Shown: positions 18,488 to 26,561 of the stretch, piece after piece | Numbering within the stretch: the stretch's first letter is position 1 | Layout of the letters: each line of letters starts with the position of its first letter | Assembly (NCBI GenBank): GCA_040881665.1 | Contig: JBBECT010000005.1 | Span: 524,138-588,137 of the forward strand | DNA from: Actinomycetota bacterium | GTDB lineage: Bacteria > Actinomycetota > UBA4738 > HRBIN12 | Length of the DNA stretch: 64,000 nt | Reading direction: 5' to 3' | The notes under the pieces: generated by a model | Seen by the model: only the letters and a program-made list of their open reading frames with translations | What the model was told of the DNA's origin: nothing | Databases searched by the model: none | Translations under genes and position numbers: made by a program

Positions 18488-19651
18488 TCACGAGGGGGTG
18501 GCCACGGGGGCGTCCGAGGGTATCGGGCCCGTCGTCGGGTCGACAGCGCCGGGGACCTCCGGTTCGACGTCGGGCTCGAGCGGCACGACGATCTCGCCGG
18601 CCGCCACGCGTGCGGCGAGCTCGTCCAGCCGCAGGCGCATCGCATCCGAGAGCAGCCGCGGCGTCGCGTTCACCTCGTTCACCGCGTAGTCCACGCCTCC
18701 TTCGGCCAGGCCGAACGCGTGGAACCCACCGACGAAGGTGTCCGAAGCCGCCGCCCGTACGACATCCTCGACCGCGACGTCCACCCGGTCGACCGCGGAG
18801 GTGAGGATCACTTCCTGCTCGTCCTCCGGAACGAGCGCCGTCTCGTCGACGTCCGAGCCGATCGCGAGTCGTTGCAGCTCCGTGGCCGCGGCGAACAACC
18901 CCATGCCGGACGCCCCCGCGTAGTGGGCGATCACGTCCGCGCCGTTCGCGTACATCGATGCCGCGACCGCGCGCCCGGCATCCGGGTCCGCGAACGCCTC
19001 GGGATCGGTCCCCAGGTAGGAGACGAGGATGCCCACGTCGGGATCGACCTCACGCGCGCCCGCCTCGAACCCGGACTGCGCTCGCTCGACGAGCCCTGTG
19101 CCCGACTGTCCGCCGAGGAACCCCACGGTGCCCGTCTTCGATTTCATCGCGGCCGCCGCGCCCGCGAGGAACCCGGCCTCGTTCACCGCGAACCCGAGGT
19201 TGGCGACGTTCGGCGCGGGCACCGCGTCGCCCTGGACGACGGCGAACAGCTGTCGGCGATGGTCGCGGCGCACGCGGTCGACCGCGCGGGAGTACGCGGG
19301 ACCGATCGCAACGACCAGACGCGCACCGCTGTCAGCGGCCCGGGCAAGTACCGCGCGGCGATCGGTACCGCGGACGTTCGGTTCGAACACCTCGGTGTCC
19401 GAACGTGCGACCGCGCCCGCATCCACGGCACGATCGAGCCCCTCGATCGCGGACGCGTTCACGCTTCCGGGATCCGTTCCGCCGGCGGCGAGCACGAGCG
19501 CCACCGTCAGGGTGCCGGGAGCGGCGGTGGAGTCCCCCGGTGGCGCCGAGGTCGCGGGCTCGGGGGCCGACCCTCGGGTACAGGCGGCGAGCATGAGCGT
19601 CGCGGCCGTCGCGAGAGCGGCCATCCGCCCGCGCGGTCGTGCCCGGGTCAT
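18488..19651 (-). CDS. BMP-family (Med/PnrA-like) ABC-transporter substrate-binding lipoprotein
   Basis: Lipobox LMLAAC after a signal peptide. The body matches basic membrane lipoprotein / nucleoside-binding proteins. Confidence 0.8.
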   Translation of the reverse strand: MTRARPRGRMAALATAATLMLAACTRGSAPEPATSAPPGDSTAAPGTLTVALVLAAGGTDPGSVNASAIEGLDRAVDAGAVARSDTEVFEPNVRGTDRRAVLARAADSGARLVVAIGPAYSRAVDRVRRDHRRQLFAVVQGDAVPAPNVANLGFAVNEAGFLAGAAAAMKSKTGTVGFLGGQSGTGLVERAQSGFEAGAREVDPDVGILVSYLGTDPEAFADPDAGRAVAASMYANGADVIAHYAGASGMGLFAAATELQRLAIGSDVDETALVPEDEQEVILTSAVDRVDVAVEDVVRAAASDTFVGGFHAFGLAEGGVDYAVNEVNATPRLLSDAMRLRLDELAARVAAGEIVVPLEPDVEPEVPGAVDPTTGPIPSDAPVATPS

Positions 19652-19704
19652 CGTTCCTCCTCTCGGCGGCCGCGGCCGCGACCGCGTGCGAGACTACGCG
19701 CCGT

Positions 19705-20166
19705 ATGCAGCAGGCGGCACGCGAGCGGCTCGAGGCGGCGATCCGGGAGATCGAGGACCGGATGGCACGTTCGGTGTTCCACGAGTGGGCGCAGATCTCC
19801 CTCGTCCGCGTCGAGGACGGCGAGGTCGAGATCGAGCTCGACACGCAGGAACATCACCTGAACCTGCTCGGCATCCTCCACGGCGGAATGATCGCGACGC
19901 TCGCGGATACCGCGATGGGACTGGCCGTTCGCACGCGCCACCGTCCGGGCAACAGCCACGTCACCGGCTCGCTCACCGTGAACTATCTGGCGCCCGGCAA
20001 AGCAGGGCCCGTACGGGCGATCGGTCGCGCGGTGAAGGCTGGCCGGCAGACGGGGTACGGAGAGGCGGACGTGCGAGACGGCGAGGGACGGCTGCTCGCT
20101 CGCGCGAGCGCGACGTTCATCGTGTTGCGCGCTCGTCCCGACCGGGAGGGAACGCCTCCCTCCTAG
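19705..20166 (+). CDS. PaaI-family hotdog-fold thioesterase
   Basis: Hotdog motifs (LNLLGILHGGMIATLADTAMG; ...GR..G.G). Confidence 0.7.
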   Translation: MQQAARERLEAAIREIEDRMARSVFHEWAQISLVRVEDGEVEIELDTQEHHLNLLGILHGGMIATLADTAMGLAVRTRHRPGNSHVTGSLTVNYLAPGKAGPVRAIGRAVKAGRQTGYGEADVRDGEGRLLARASATFIVLRARPDREGTPPS

Positions 20167-20182
20167 GCGGGCCGTCGCTCGA

Positions 20183-20566
20183 TCAGTACTCGATGTCCAT
20201 CGCGAGCATGTGCTCCGACAACAGGCCGAGGGCCGGCTGGAGTCCCATGAGCGTTCCCACGTTACCGTGCACCTTGATCCTGCCCATCATGAACGCGGTG
20301 ACGGCATTCACCTCGCGCTTCGCGAGCCCGACCGCGGTTGCGTAGTCCTGGACGATCGTTGCGTCGGGTGCCTCGACCGATCCGATCCCGAGGTCGACAG
20401 CGCCGCCGGCGACCGACAGCCAGTACTCCACCGAGCCGTCGTTGGTTGCGATCGTCTGCTGGATCGTCACGGAGGCGTCACCGAGCGCCGCCGCGACGGC
20501 CGGATCCTCGTTCAGCCGGCGCTTGAGCTCGTCGGCCCATCCCGAGGAGAGGAACTTCACGGCCAC
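20183..20566 (-). CDS. SCP2 sterol-carrier domain protein
   Basis: SCP2 signature (LGLAKREVNAVTAFMMGRIKVHGNVGTLMGLQ). Probable GTG start at 20566; the listed ORF extends to 20659. Confidence 0.6.
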   Translation of the reverse strand: MAVKFLSSGWADELKRRLNEDPAVAAALGDASVTIQQTIATNDGSVEYWLSVAGGAVDLGIGSVEAPDATIVQDYATAVGLAKREVNAVTAFMMGRIKVHGNVGTLMGLQPALGLLSEHMLAMDIEY

Positions 20567-20827
20567 GGACGGACCTCCTGTCGGCCTCTCGGCGATCTGT
20601 CGACGAACGAAGTGCGGCACCGGGCTGGCCCCGCGGGGCGAGCCGGGGCAGCATAACAACGCCTCCCGTGATGCCGGTCAGGGCGCGACCGTGGTCCTTG
20701 AGGGTGACCGATGTTGTTCCTGCCGGTTACTGACTACTTCTGATATCTATCGAGGTCGTGATCGGCTCTGTGCCTTCAAGATGCTTCACGAGTCAACGGC
20801 ACCAATCGGGAGTTGCCTGTGCTCATC

Positions 20828-21808
20828 TCACGCCACGGTGACGACGACCTTGCCGCGCGCGTGGCCCTGCTCTACATAGCTCAAGCTCTCGGCCGTATCC
20901 GCAAGTGAGCAGGTTCGGTCGACGATCGGCGTGAGCTTCCCGTCGTCGACGAGCTCGGTCACGGCGAGCAGCTCCTCCCGATCCTGTTTCGACGGGAGCG
21001 GGCGCAACCGCTGCGAGACAAACAGGTTCGCCACGACCGCCTTGAGGATGGCGGCGATCGGTCCGAACACGTGACCGGGCGAACCGCCCCCGTTGAGCAC
21101 CAGGGTCCCCTTCGGCGTGAGCGCCCTGCGCAGCTGGGCGAGGGGCAGGTTGCTCACGTTGTCGAGGATCATGTCGTAACGCGTCGGCCCGGCGGTGAAG
21201 TCTTCCATCGTGTAGTCGACGACGTGCGCGGCGCCGATCGAGCGCACCAGCTCGACGTTCCGCGTGCTGCACACCCCCGTGACCTCGGCGCCCAGCGCCG
21301 CCGCGATCTGCACCGCGAAGCTGCCCACCCCGCCGCCGGCCCCGTTGATGAGCACCGGCTGACCGGCCTTCACCGCGCCCACGTCGCGGATCCCGCGCAA
21401 GGCGGTCGTCGCCGCGATGGGGATCGCGGCCGCCTGCTCGAAGGTCAGGCTCGCCGGCTTCGGCACCACCATGTCCGCCGCGGCGCATGCGTACTCGGCG
21501 AACGCGCCCCGACAGAAGCCGAGCACCTCGTCGCCGATCCGCAGCCCGCGCACGTTCGCGCCGACCGCCTCGACCACGCCCGCCGCGTCGCTCCCCGCCA
21601 CCCGGGCCTTCGGCTTGGTCAGCCCCACCCCCACCCCCATGAGGCGCGCGACGAGCGGATCGCCTCGCACGATGTGCCAGTCGGCCGGGTTGAGGGCAGC
21701 CGCGCGCACTCGGATCAGGACGTCATCTGCCCCGACCTCGGGCGGGTCGGTGTCCACGAGTTGCAGGACGTCCGGTGGACCGAACCGCTCTTGGACGATC
21801 GCCTTCAT
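20828..21808 (-). CDS. Zinc-type alcohol dehydrogenase / NADPH:quinone oxidoreductase (MDR superfamily)
   Basis: Rossmann NAD(P)-binding motif INGAGGGVGSFAVQIAAALGAEV in an MDR fold. Start taken at the ATG at 21808 (MKAIVQE). Confidence 0.8.
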   Translation of the reverse strand: MKAIVQERFGPPDVLQLVDTDPPEVGADDVLIRVRAAALNPADWHIVRGDPLVARLMGVGVGLTKPKARVAGSDAAGVVEAVGANVRGLRIGDEVLGFCRGAFAEYACAAADMVVPKPASLTFEQAAAIPIAATTALRGIRDVGAVKAGQPVLINGAGGGVGSFAVQIAAALGAEVTGVCSTRNVELVRSIGAAHVVDYTMEDFTAGPTRYDMILDNVSNLPLAQLRRALTPKGTLVLNGGGSPGHVFGPIAAILKAVVANLFVSQRLRPLPSKQDREELLAVTELVDDGKLTPIVDRTCSLADTAESLSYVEQGHARGKVVVTVA

Positions 21809-21890
21809 CGGTGCCCCCTGGATCGGATGTACGGGATCGGTGGAAGGCACCCGTGGCTCGAGCATGCCACACCCCGGCTGGAGCGGCAGC

Positions 21891-22550
21891 TCACGTGTCG
21901 TCGTCGTACAGACGCGGCTCCGTCACGTGTCGCACGTCGTTGAGGAACCGCACGATCCGATCCTCGCCGTCGAGGGTCACCGTGTTGACCGAGGTGTTCT
22001 CCGGCAGGAAGAACATCGCCTGCTCGGTCAGACCGAGCAGCGGACCGAGGTAGGCGTTGATGACCCCGCCGTGACACACGACGGCGACGTTCCCATCGGG
22101 GTGGGCGGCAACGATGCGATCGATCGCGTCGCCGACCCGCCTGCGGAGATCTCCGACCGGTTCCGAACCCGGGGCGGTGCTCCACATCGAGTCTTCCGTT
22201 CGGAACGCGTGCAACAGGGTCTCGTCCGACGCGAGCAGCTCCTCGAACCCGCGGTTCTCCCAATCCCCGACATGCGCCTCCGCGAGGTCGTCGAGATAGG
22301 TCGCCTCGCTCCCCGAGCGGGCCAGATACGGAGCGATCGTCTCGCGCGCCCGGCGCATCGTGGAGGAGTAAACGGCAACGGGGCGCGGGTTCATCAGGAG
22401 CAGGCGCCTGGCCAGCAGCTCCGCTTGCTCGCGTCCGCGTTCGCCGAGCGGCGGGTCCCATTGGGGTCCGCGCCCGACGTCGCCGAGATCGTTCGAATCG
22501 AAGTCCGACCGACCGTGCCGGATCAGGAACAGCAACCGCGGTTGGCTCAC
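21891..22550 (-). CDS. Histidine-phosphatase (phosphoglycerate-mutase family) protein
   Basis: RHG catalytic motif (LIRHGRSDFD) plus downstream His (VVCHGGVI). Confidence 0.8.
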   Translation of the reverse strand: MSQPRLLFLIRHGRSDFDSNDLGDVGRGPQWDPPLGERGREQAELLARRLLLMNPRPVAVYSSTMRRARETIAPYLARSGSEATYLDDLAEAHVGDWENRGFEELLASDETLLHAFRTEDSMWSTAPGSEPVGDLRRRVGDAIDRIVAAHPDGNVAVVCHGGVINAYLGPLLGLTEQAMFFLPENTSVNTVTLDGEDRIVRFLNDVRHVTEPRLYDDDT

Positions 22551-22933
22551 CCCCGCGCGCTCCCCGCGGGATGGTGACGGAGCGACGCGGCGACCGGATC
22601 GGGCTCACCCTTCCGGCGAGCCTGCTTCTCGTGCCACGCGTTCGCGAACGACTCGACGTCCTCGCGGAGCCAGATCCGTCCCGAGGCCAGCGCGATCAGC
22701 GGTTGCGGGAACGCGCCGCGGTCGAGGTAGGTGATCACCCGACGCTTGTCCCAGCCCAGGATCGCCGCGGCCTCGGCGACCCCGGCCAGCGGCGGGATCA
22801 CCTCGACGAGCAGGATGGCCGCGCCCGCGACGGCGCGGAGCCGGCGGAGGCAGCCGGCCCGGGTGTCGGCCTCGACCTCGGTGAACGGCTCGTCCAGCAA
22901 CGCGGCCCATCGCCCGCTGCGCTGCTCCCACAT
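22547..22933 (-). CDS. Putative helix-turn-helix DNA-binding protein
   Basis: HTH-like segment (VAEAAAILGWDKRRVITYLDRG). Overlaps the downstream phosphatase start by 4 bp. The start codon is uncertain. Confidence 0.45.
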   Translation of the reverse strand: MWEQRSGRWAALLDEPFTEVEADTRAGCLRRLRAVAGAAILLVEVIPPLAGVAEAAAILGWDKRRVITYLDRGAFPQPLIALASGRIWLREDVESFANAWHEKQARRKGEPDPVAASLRHHPAGSARG

Positions 22934-23025
22934 CGTCGCGTGGACCTCACGCGCCGCCGCGCCTCCTGCCTCGGTGCTCACGCTCGCGATGATAGCCGTG
23001 GCCAGGGGACCCCCCGGGGAGCCCG

Positions 23026-23295
23026 CTAGAGGGTGCCCGTGCGGCGCAGCTCCGAGCGCCAGCACTCGGTGTGCCAGTGACGCCGTGCGTCCGCATCCGC
23101 GGCAGGCACCACCACCAGGTGCCACAATCCCACGCGGATCTGGTGGTCGCACCCCGGACACCGGTACGGCTTGTCGCCGACGACCTGGCGCACGTCCTCG
23201 CCGGAGGCGAGCGTCCAGGACGGCGGATCCGAGCGGCGCTCCGGTCGTTGCGGCGGCGCGTCCGAGGAGCGGTCTCGCCGGTTGCGCCGCGGCAT
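23026..23295 (-). CDS. Small CxxC/His zinc-ribbon hypothetical protein
   Basis: Has YRCPGCDH ... HWHTECW. Translationally coupled to the upstream hydrolase, sharing one base at 23295. Confidence 0.45.
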   Translation of the reverse strand: MPRRNRRDRSSDAPPQRPERRSDPPSWTLASGEDVRQVVGDKPYRCPGCDHQIRVGLWHLVVVPAADADARRHWHTECWRSELRRTGTL

Positions 23296-23963
23296 CAGAT
23301 CGCGCGCCGGATGAAGGCGGCCGCGGGCTCGGCGAGGGAGGCTCCGATCTCCCGATCGTCGCGCTTGGCCCCCCGGACCCGGAACGAGTGATCGCCCCCG
23401 TCGATCTCCACGTGCTCGGCGCGACGACCCAGGCGTCTCAGCACCGGAGCGAGGATCGTTGGCTTGGCGAACGGGTCCTTGGTCCCTTGCAGGAACAACA
23501 TCGGGACGCCGACCTCGCCCAGGTGCGCGTCGCGCAGCTTCTCCGGCTTTCCCGGCGGATGCAGCGGATACCCCAGGAACAGGAGCCCGGATGGTGAGAT
23601 CTCGTCATCGGCGGTGCACATCGAAGCGATCCTTCCGCCGAGGGATTTCCCGCCGGCGAACACCGGGCGTCGCTTTGCGTGCCGCGTCGCCTCGTCGAAC
23701 GCGGCGATCCACACCGCTCGCAGTGTCCGCTCCGGGTCCGGCGCGCGTCTGCCGATCTCGCTGTAGCGGAAATTGAAACGGAGCGTCCCGATCCCGTCGG
23801 CGTTCAGCGCCCGCGTGAACCCGGACAGGAACGGCCCGTCCATGTTCCCGCCCGCCCCGTGCGCGAGCACGACGAGGGCGACCGCGCCCCGCGGCAGGGC
23901 GAGGACCCCGGCTACGGTGCCTGCGGGGGTCTCGATCGAGATGCGCTGTTCGGGCGACGGCAT
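23295..23963 (-). CDS. Alpha/beta hydrolase (dienelactone-hydrolase-like)
   Basis: G-K-S-L-G-G nucleophile elbow (GGKSLGGRIA), then Asp and His positions in DLH order. Confidence 0.75.
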   Translation of the reverse strand: MPSPEQRISIETPAGTVAGVLALPRGAVALVVLAHGAGGNMDGPFLSGFTRALNADGIGTLRFNFRYSEIGRRAPDPERTLRAVWIAAFDEATRHAKRRPVFAGGKSLGGRIASMCTADDEISPSGLLFLGYPLHPPGKPEKLRDAHLGEVGVPMLFLQGTKDPFAKPTILAPVLRRLGRRAEHVEIDGGDHSFRVRGAKRDDREIGASLAEPAAAFIRRAI

Positions 23964-23977
23964 GCCATCATGCTGCC

Positions 23978-24697
23978 ATGTCCGGCACGCTCTATCTCGG
24001 TACCTCCGGGTACAGCTACGACGAGTGGAAGCACGACGTCTTCTACCCGGAGGGGCTGAAGAACCGGGAGATGCTCTCGTACTACGCGAGCAAACTGAAC
24101 TCGGTCGAGATCAACTACACCTTCCGCCGGTTCCCCTCGGAGAAGACGGTGGCCAACTGGGTGGAGCTGACCCCACCGGAGTTCCGTTTCACGCTGAAGG
24201 CCAACCAGCGCATCACCCATTTCCGAAAGCTCCACGACGCGGACGAGGATGTCCGGGCGTTCCTCGAGGTGGCGGGCAAGCTTGGTGACCGACTCGGCTG
24301 CGTGCTGTTCCAGTGCCCGCCTAGCCTGCACTACGACCGCGCGCTGATCGAGTCCTTCGTCGGCTACCTGCCCCCCGCACCCCGCTGCGCGATCGAGTTC
24401 CGCCACCCCTCGTGGCGCGCGGCGCGCGAGCTGCTCCTCGACCAGGGTGTCGCCTGGTGCGTCGCGGAGACCGACGAACAGGATCCCGGTGAGGACGACC
24501 TCGCCTGGGAGCCGTTCGGGTTCCTGCGACTGCGCAAGACCGCCTACACCGACGAGGAGCTTGCGGCCTGGGCCGAGCGGATCGGCGAGACCCTCGCAAA
24601 CGGCAATGATGTCTTCTGCTACTTCAAGCATGAGGATCTCGGGGCCAGTCCACAGATGGCGAAGCGTCTCGAAGACATCTTGCGCTCCAAAGCATGA
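23978..24697 (+). CDS. DUF72 (UPF0759) family protein
   Basis: Full-length match to the DUF72 TIM-barrel family (LYLGTSGYSYDEW..., FRHPSW). Confidence 0.85.
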   Translation: MSGTLYLGTSGYSYDEWKHDVFYPEGLKNREMLSYYASKLNSVEINYTFRRFPSEKTVANWVELTPPEFRFTLKANQRITHFRKLHDADEDVRAFLEVAGKLGDRLGCVLFQCPPSLHYDRALIESFVGYLPPAPRCAIEFRHPSWRAARELLLDQGVAWCVAETDEQDPGEDDLAWEPFGFLRLRKTAYTDEELAAWAERIGETLANGNDVFCYFKHEDLGASPQMAKRLEDILRSKA

Positions 24698-24810
24698 AGC
24701 AGATGTGACCTCTTGCGGGACCGAGGACTGGGCAACAGTCTGGGCAACAACTTGCACCTGGCGTCCAGCGCGAACGAGACTGACGACGTGAAGAACCCAA
24801 CGAGGTCCTC

Positions 24811-24927
24811 GTGTCGCAGACCGTGAAGGGCCTCGTCGCAGGCAGTGGTCTTTCGTTCGAAGGCGTAGGCGAGCACGCGCTGAAGGGCGTCCCCGACCGG
24901 GGCGGCTCTACCGGGTTGGTGACCTGA
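24811..24927 (+). pseudogene. Remnant of a class III adenylate-cyclase C-terminus (38 codons plus stop)
   Basis: VSQTVKGLVAGSGLSFEGVGEHALKGVPD... matches the last beta-strands of the adjacent full cyclase (VSQTVKDLVAGSGLAFEDAGEHELKGVPD). No upstream domain is present. Confidence 0.5.
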
Positions 24928-25177
24928 CATCGACATCCCTGAGATCCGGTTCGCGAAGAGCGGGGACGTCCACATCGCCTATCAGGTCGTCGGCGACGGA
25001 CCGGTCGATCTCGTCTTCATCTGCGACTGGATCTGGAACGTCGAGCTGCAATGGGAGAACCCCCTCTGCGCCCGATTCCTCGAGCGGCTCTCCGCGTTCT
25101 CGCGGCTGCTGCTCTTCGACAAGCGCGGGAGCGGCCTTTCCGACCGGACCGTCGATCTCGATCTCTTCACGCTCGAG

Positions 25178-26278
25178 GTGCGGATCGATGACGTCCGCGC
25201 CGTGATGGAGGCGGCGGGCTCGGAGCAGGCGGTCCTGTTCGGTCACGGCGACGATGGTGCGGCGCTCGCATCCGTTTTCGCGGCCGCGAACCCTGACAGC
25301 ACCCGCGCGCTGATCTTGTACGCGACGCGGGCGAAGGTGCTGAGAGCGCCCGACTATCCGTGGGGGTACGAGCCGTCGGCCATGGATGTGTGGGCCTCCG
25401 AGCGCGAGAGCTTCTGGGGGACGGACGGATACGCACGCCGGTGGCTCCGGGAGCTGGCTCCTTCGGTGGCGAACGACGATCGCATGGTCCGCTGGTACTC
25501 GCGGCTCCTTCGGCAGAGCGCGAGTCCGGGAACCGAAGAGGCCTATTCACGATGGATGGCCACGCTCGACCTGCGCGGCATGCTCCCGGCGATCCATGTG
25601 CCGACGCTCGTGCTGCACCGGACAGGGGATCGAGACGTCCCGATCGAGGGAGGCCGCGACGTCGCCGACCGGATCGCCGGGGCGACGTTCGTCGAGCTCC
25701 CCGGCATCGACTCCTTCCCGTGGGCCGGAGACCAAGGGTCGGTCCTGGCTGAGATCGAGGCGTTCGTCACGGGCACTCGGGCAACCAAGGATGCCCACCG
25801 CGTGCTCGCCACGGTTCTCTTCACCGACATCGTTGGGTCGACCGAGAAGGCCGCCGAGCTCGGCGACGCCCGATGGAAGGAGCTGCTAGCGGTCCACGAC
25901 GAGAAGGCGAAGGCAGAGATCGATAGGTTCCGCGGACGCTACGTAAACACAACCGGCGATGGACTTCTCGCTACTTTCGATGGCCCCGCGCGCGCGGTTC
26001 GATGCGCAGAGGCCATCGTGGAGGCGGTCATTTCGCTCGGGTTGGACATCCGAGCCGGCTGCCACACGGGCGAAGTGGAGCTGTCAGGCGATGACGTTCG
26101 AGGTATCGCCGTACACATCGGCGCGCGGGTCGCGGCGCTCGCCGGTCCGAACGAAGTGCTCGTCTCGCAGACGGTCAAGGACCTGGTCGCCGGATCCGGG
26201 CTGGCCTTCGAGGACGCTGGCGAGCACGAGCTGAAAGGCGTTCCGGACACCTGGCGCCTGTATCGGGCGGCGAACTGA
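25178..26278 (+). CDS. Class III adenylate/guanylate cyclase with an N-terminal alpha/beta-hydrolase-like domain, apparently 5'-truncated
   Basis: The C-terminal CHD has metal-binding FTDIVGST and the purine/transition-state region. The N-terminal half is alpha/beta-hydrolase-like, and that frame is open back to 24923 with no ATG/GTG/TTG. Confidence 0.7.
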   Translation: MRIDDVRAVMEAAGSEQAVLFGHGDDGAALASVFAAANPDSTRALILYATRAKVLRAPDYPWGYEPSAMDVWASERESFWGTDGYARRWLRELAPSVANDDRMVRWYSRLLRQSASPGTEEAYSRWMATLDLRGMLPAIHVPTLVLHRTGDRDVPIEGGRDVADRIAGATFVELPGIDSFPWAGDQGSVLAEIEAFVTGTRATKDAHRVLATVLFTDIVGSTEKAAELGDARWKELLAVHDEKAKAEIDRFRGRYVNTTGDGLLATFDGPARAVRCAEAIVEAVISLGLDIRAGCHTGEVELSGDDVRGIAVHIGARVAALAGPNEVLVSQTVKDLVAGSGLAFEDAGEHELKGVPDTWRLYRAAN

Positions 26279-26449
26279 CTTCGGCGACACATCGTTCGGA
26301 GGACGAACTAAAGCCAATCAGGCAACACTTTGGGCAACATCAGCGCCGCGAGAAATGTGTAACCGCTGGTCGCGGGAGGCTTGATACGGAGCACTACCCA
26401 GTGCTAGAGTGCCGTTGTGCTGCAATGTATCTGGGCCATACCGCGATCA

Positions 26450-26525
26450 CTTCAAGCACGAAGATCTCGGGGCCAGTCCACAGATGGCCAAGCGCCTCGA
26501 ACACATCTTGCGCTCCAAGGAGTGA
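26450..26525 (+). pseudogene. Decayed duplicate of the DUF72 gene 3' end
   Basis: Only 8 mismatches over 76 nt against 24622-24697. Encodes HFKHEDLGASPQMAKRLEHILRSKE* versus CYFKHEDLGASPQMAKRLEDILRSKA*. No upstream coding continuity. Confidence 0.5.
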
Positions 26526-26561
26526 CGCAAGGCGCGACTCGATGGTCGGTGGGTCGCCGGC

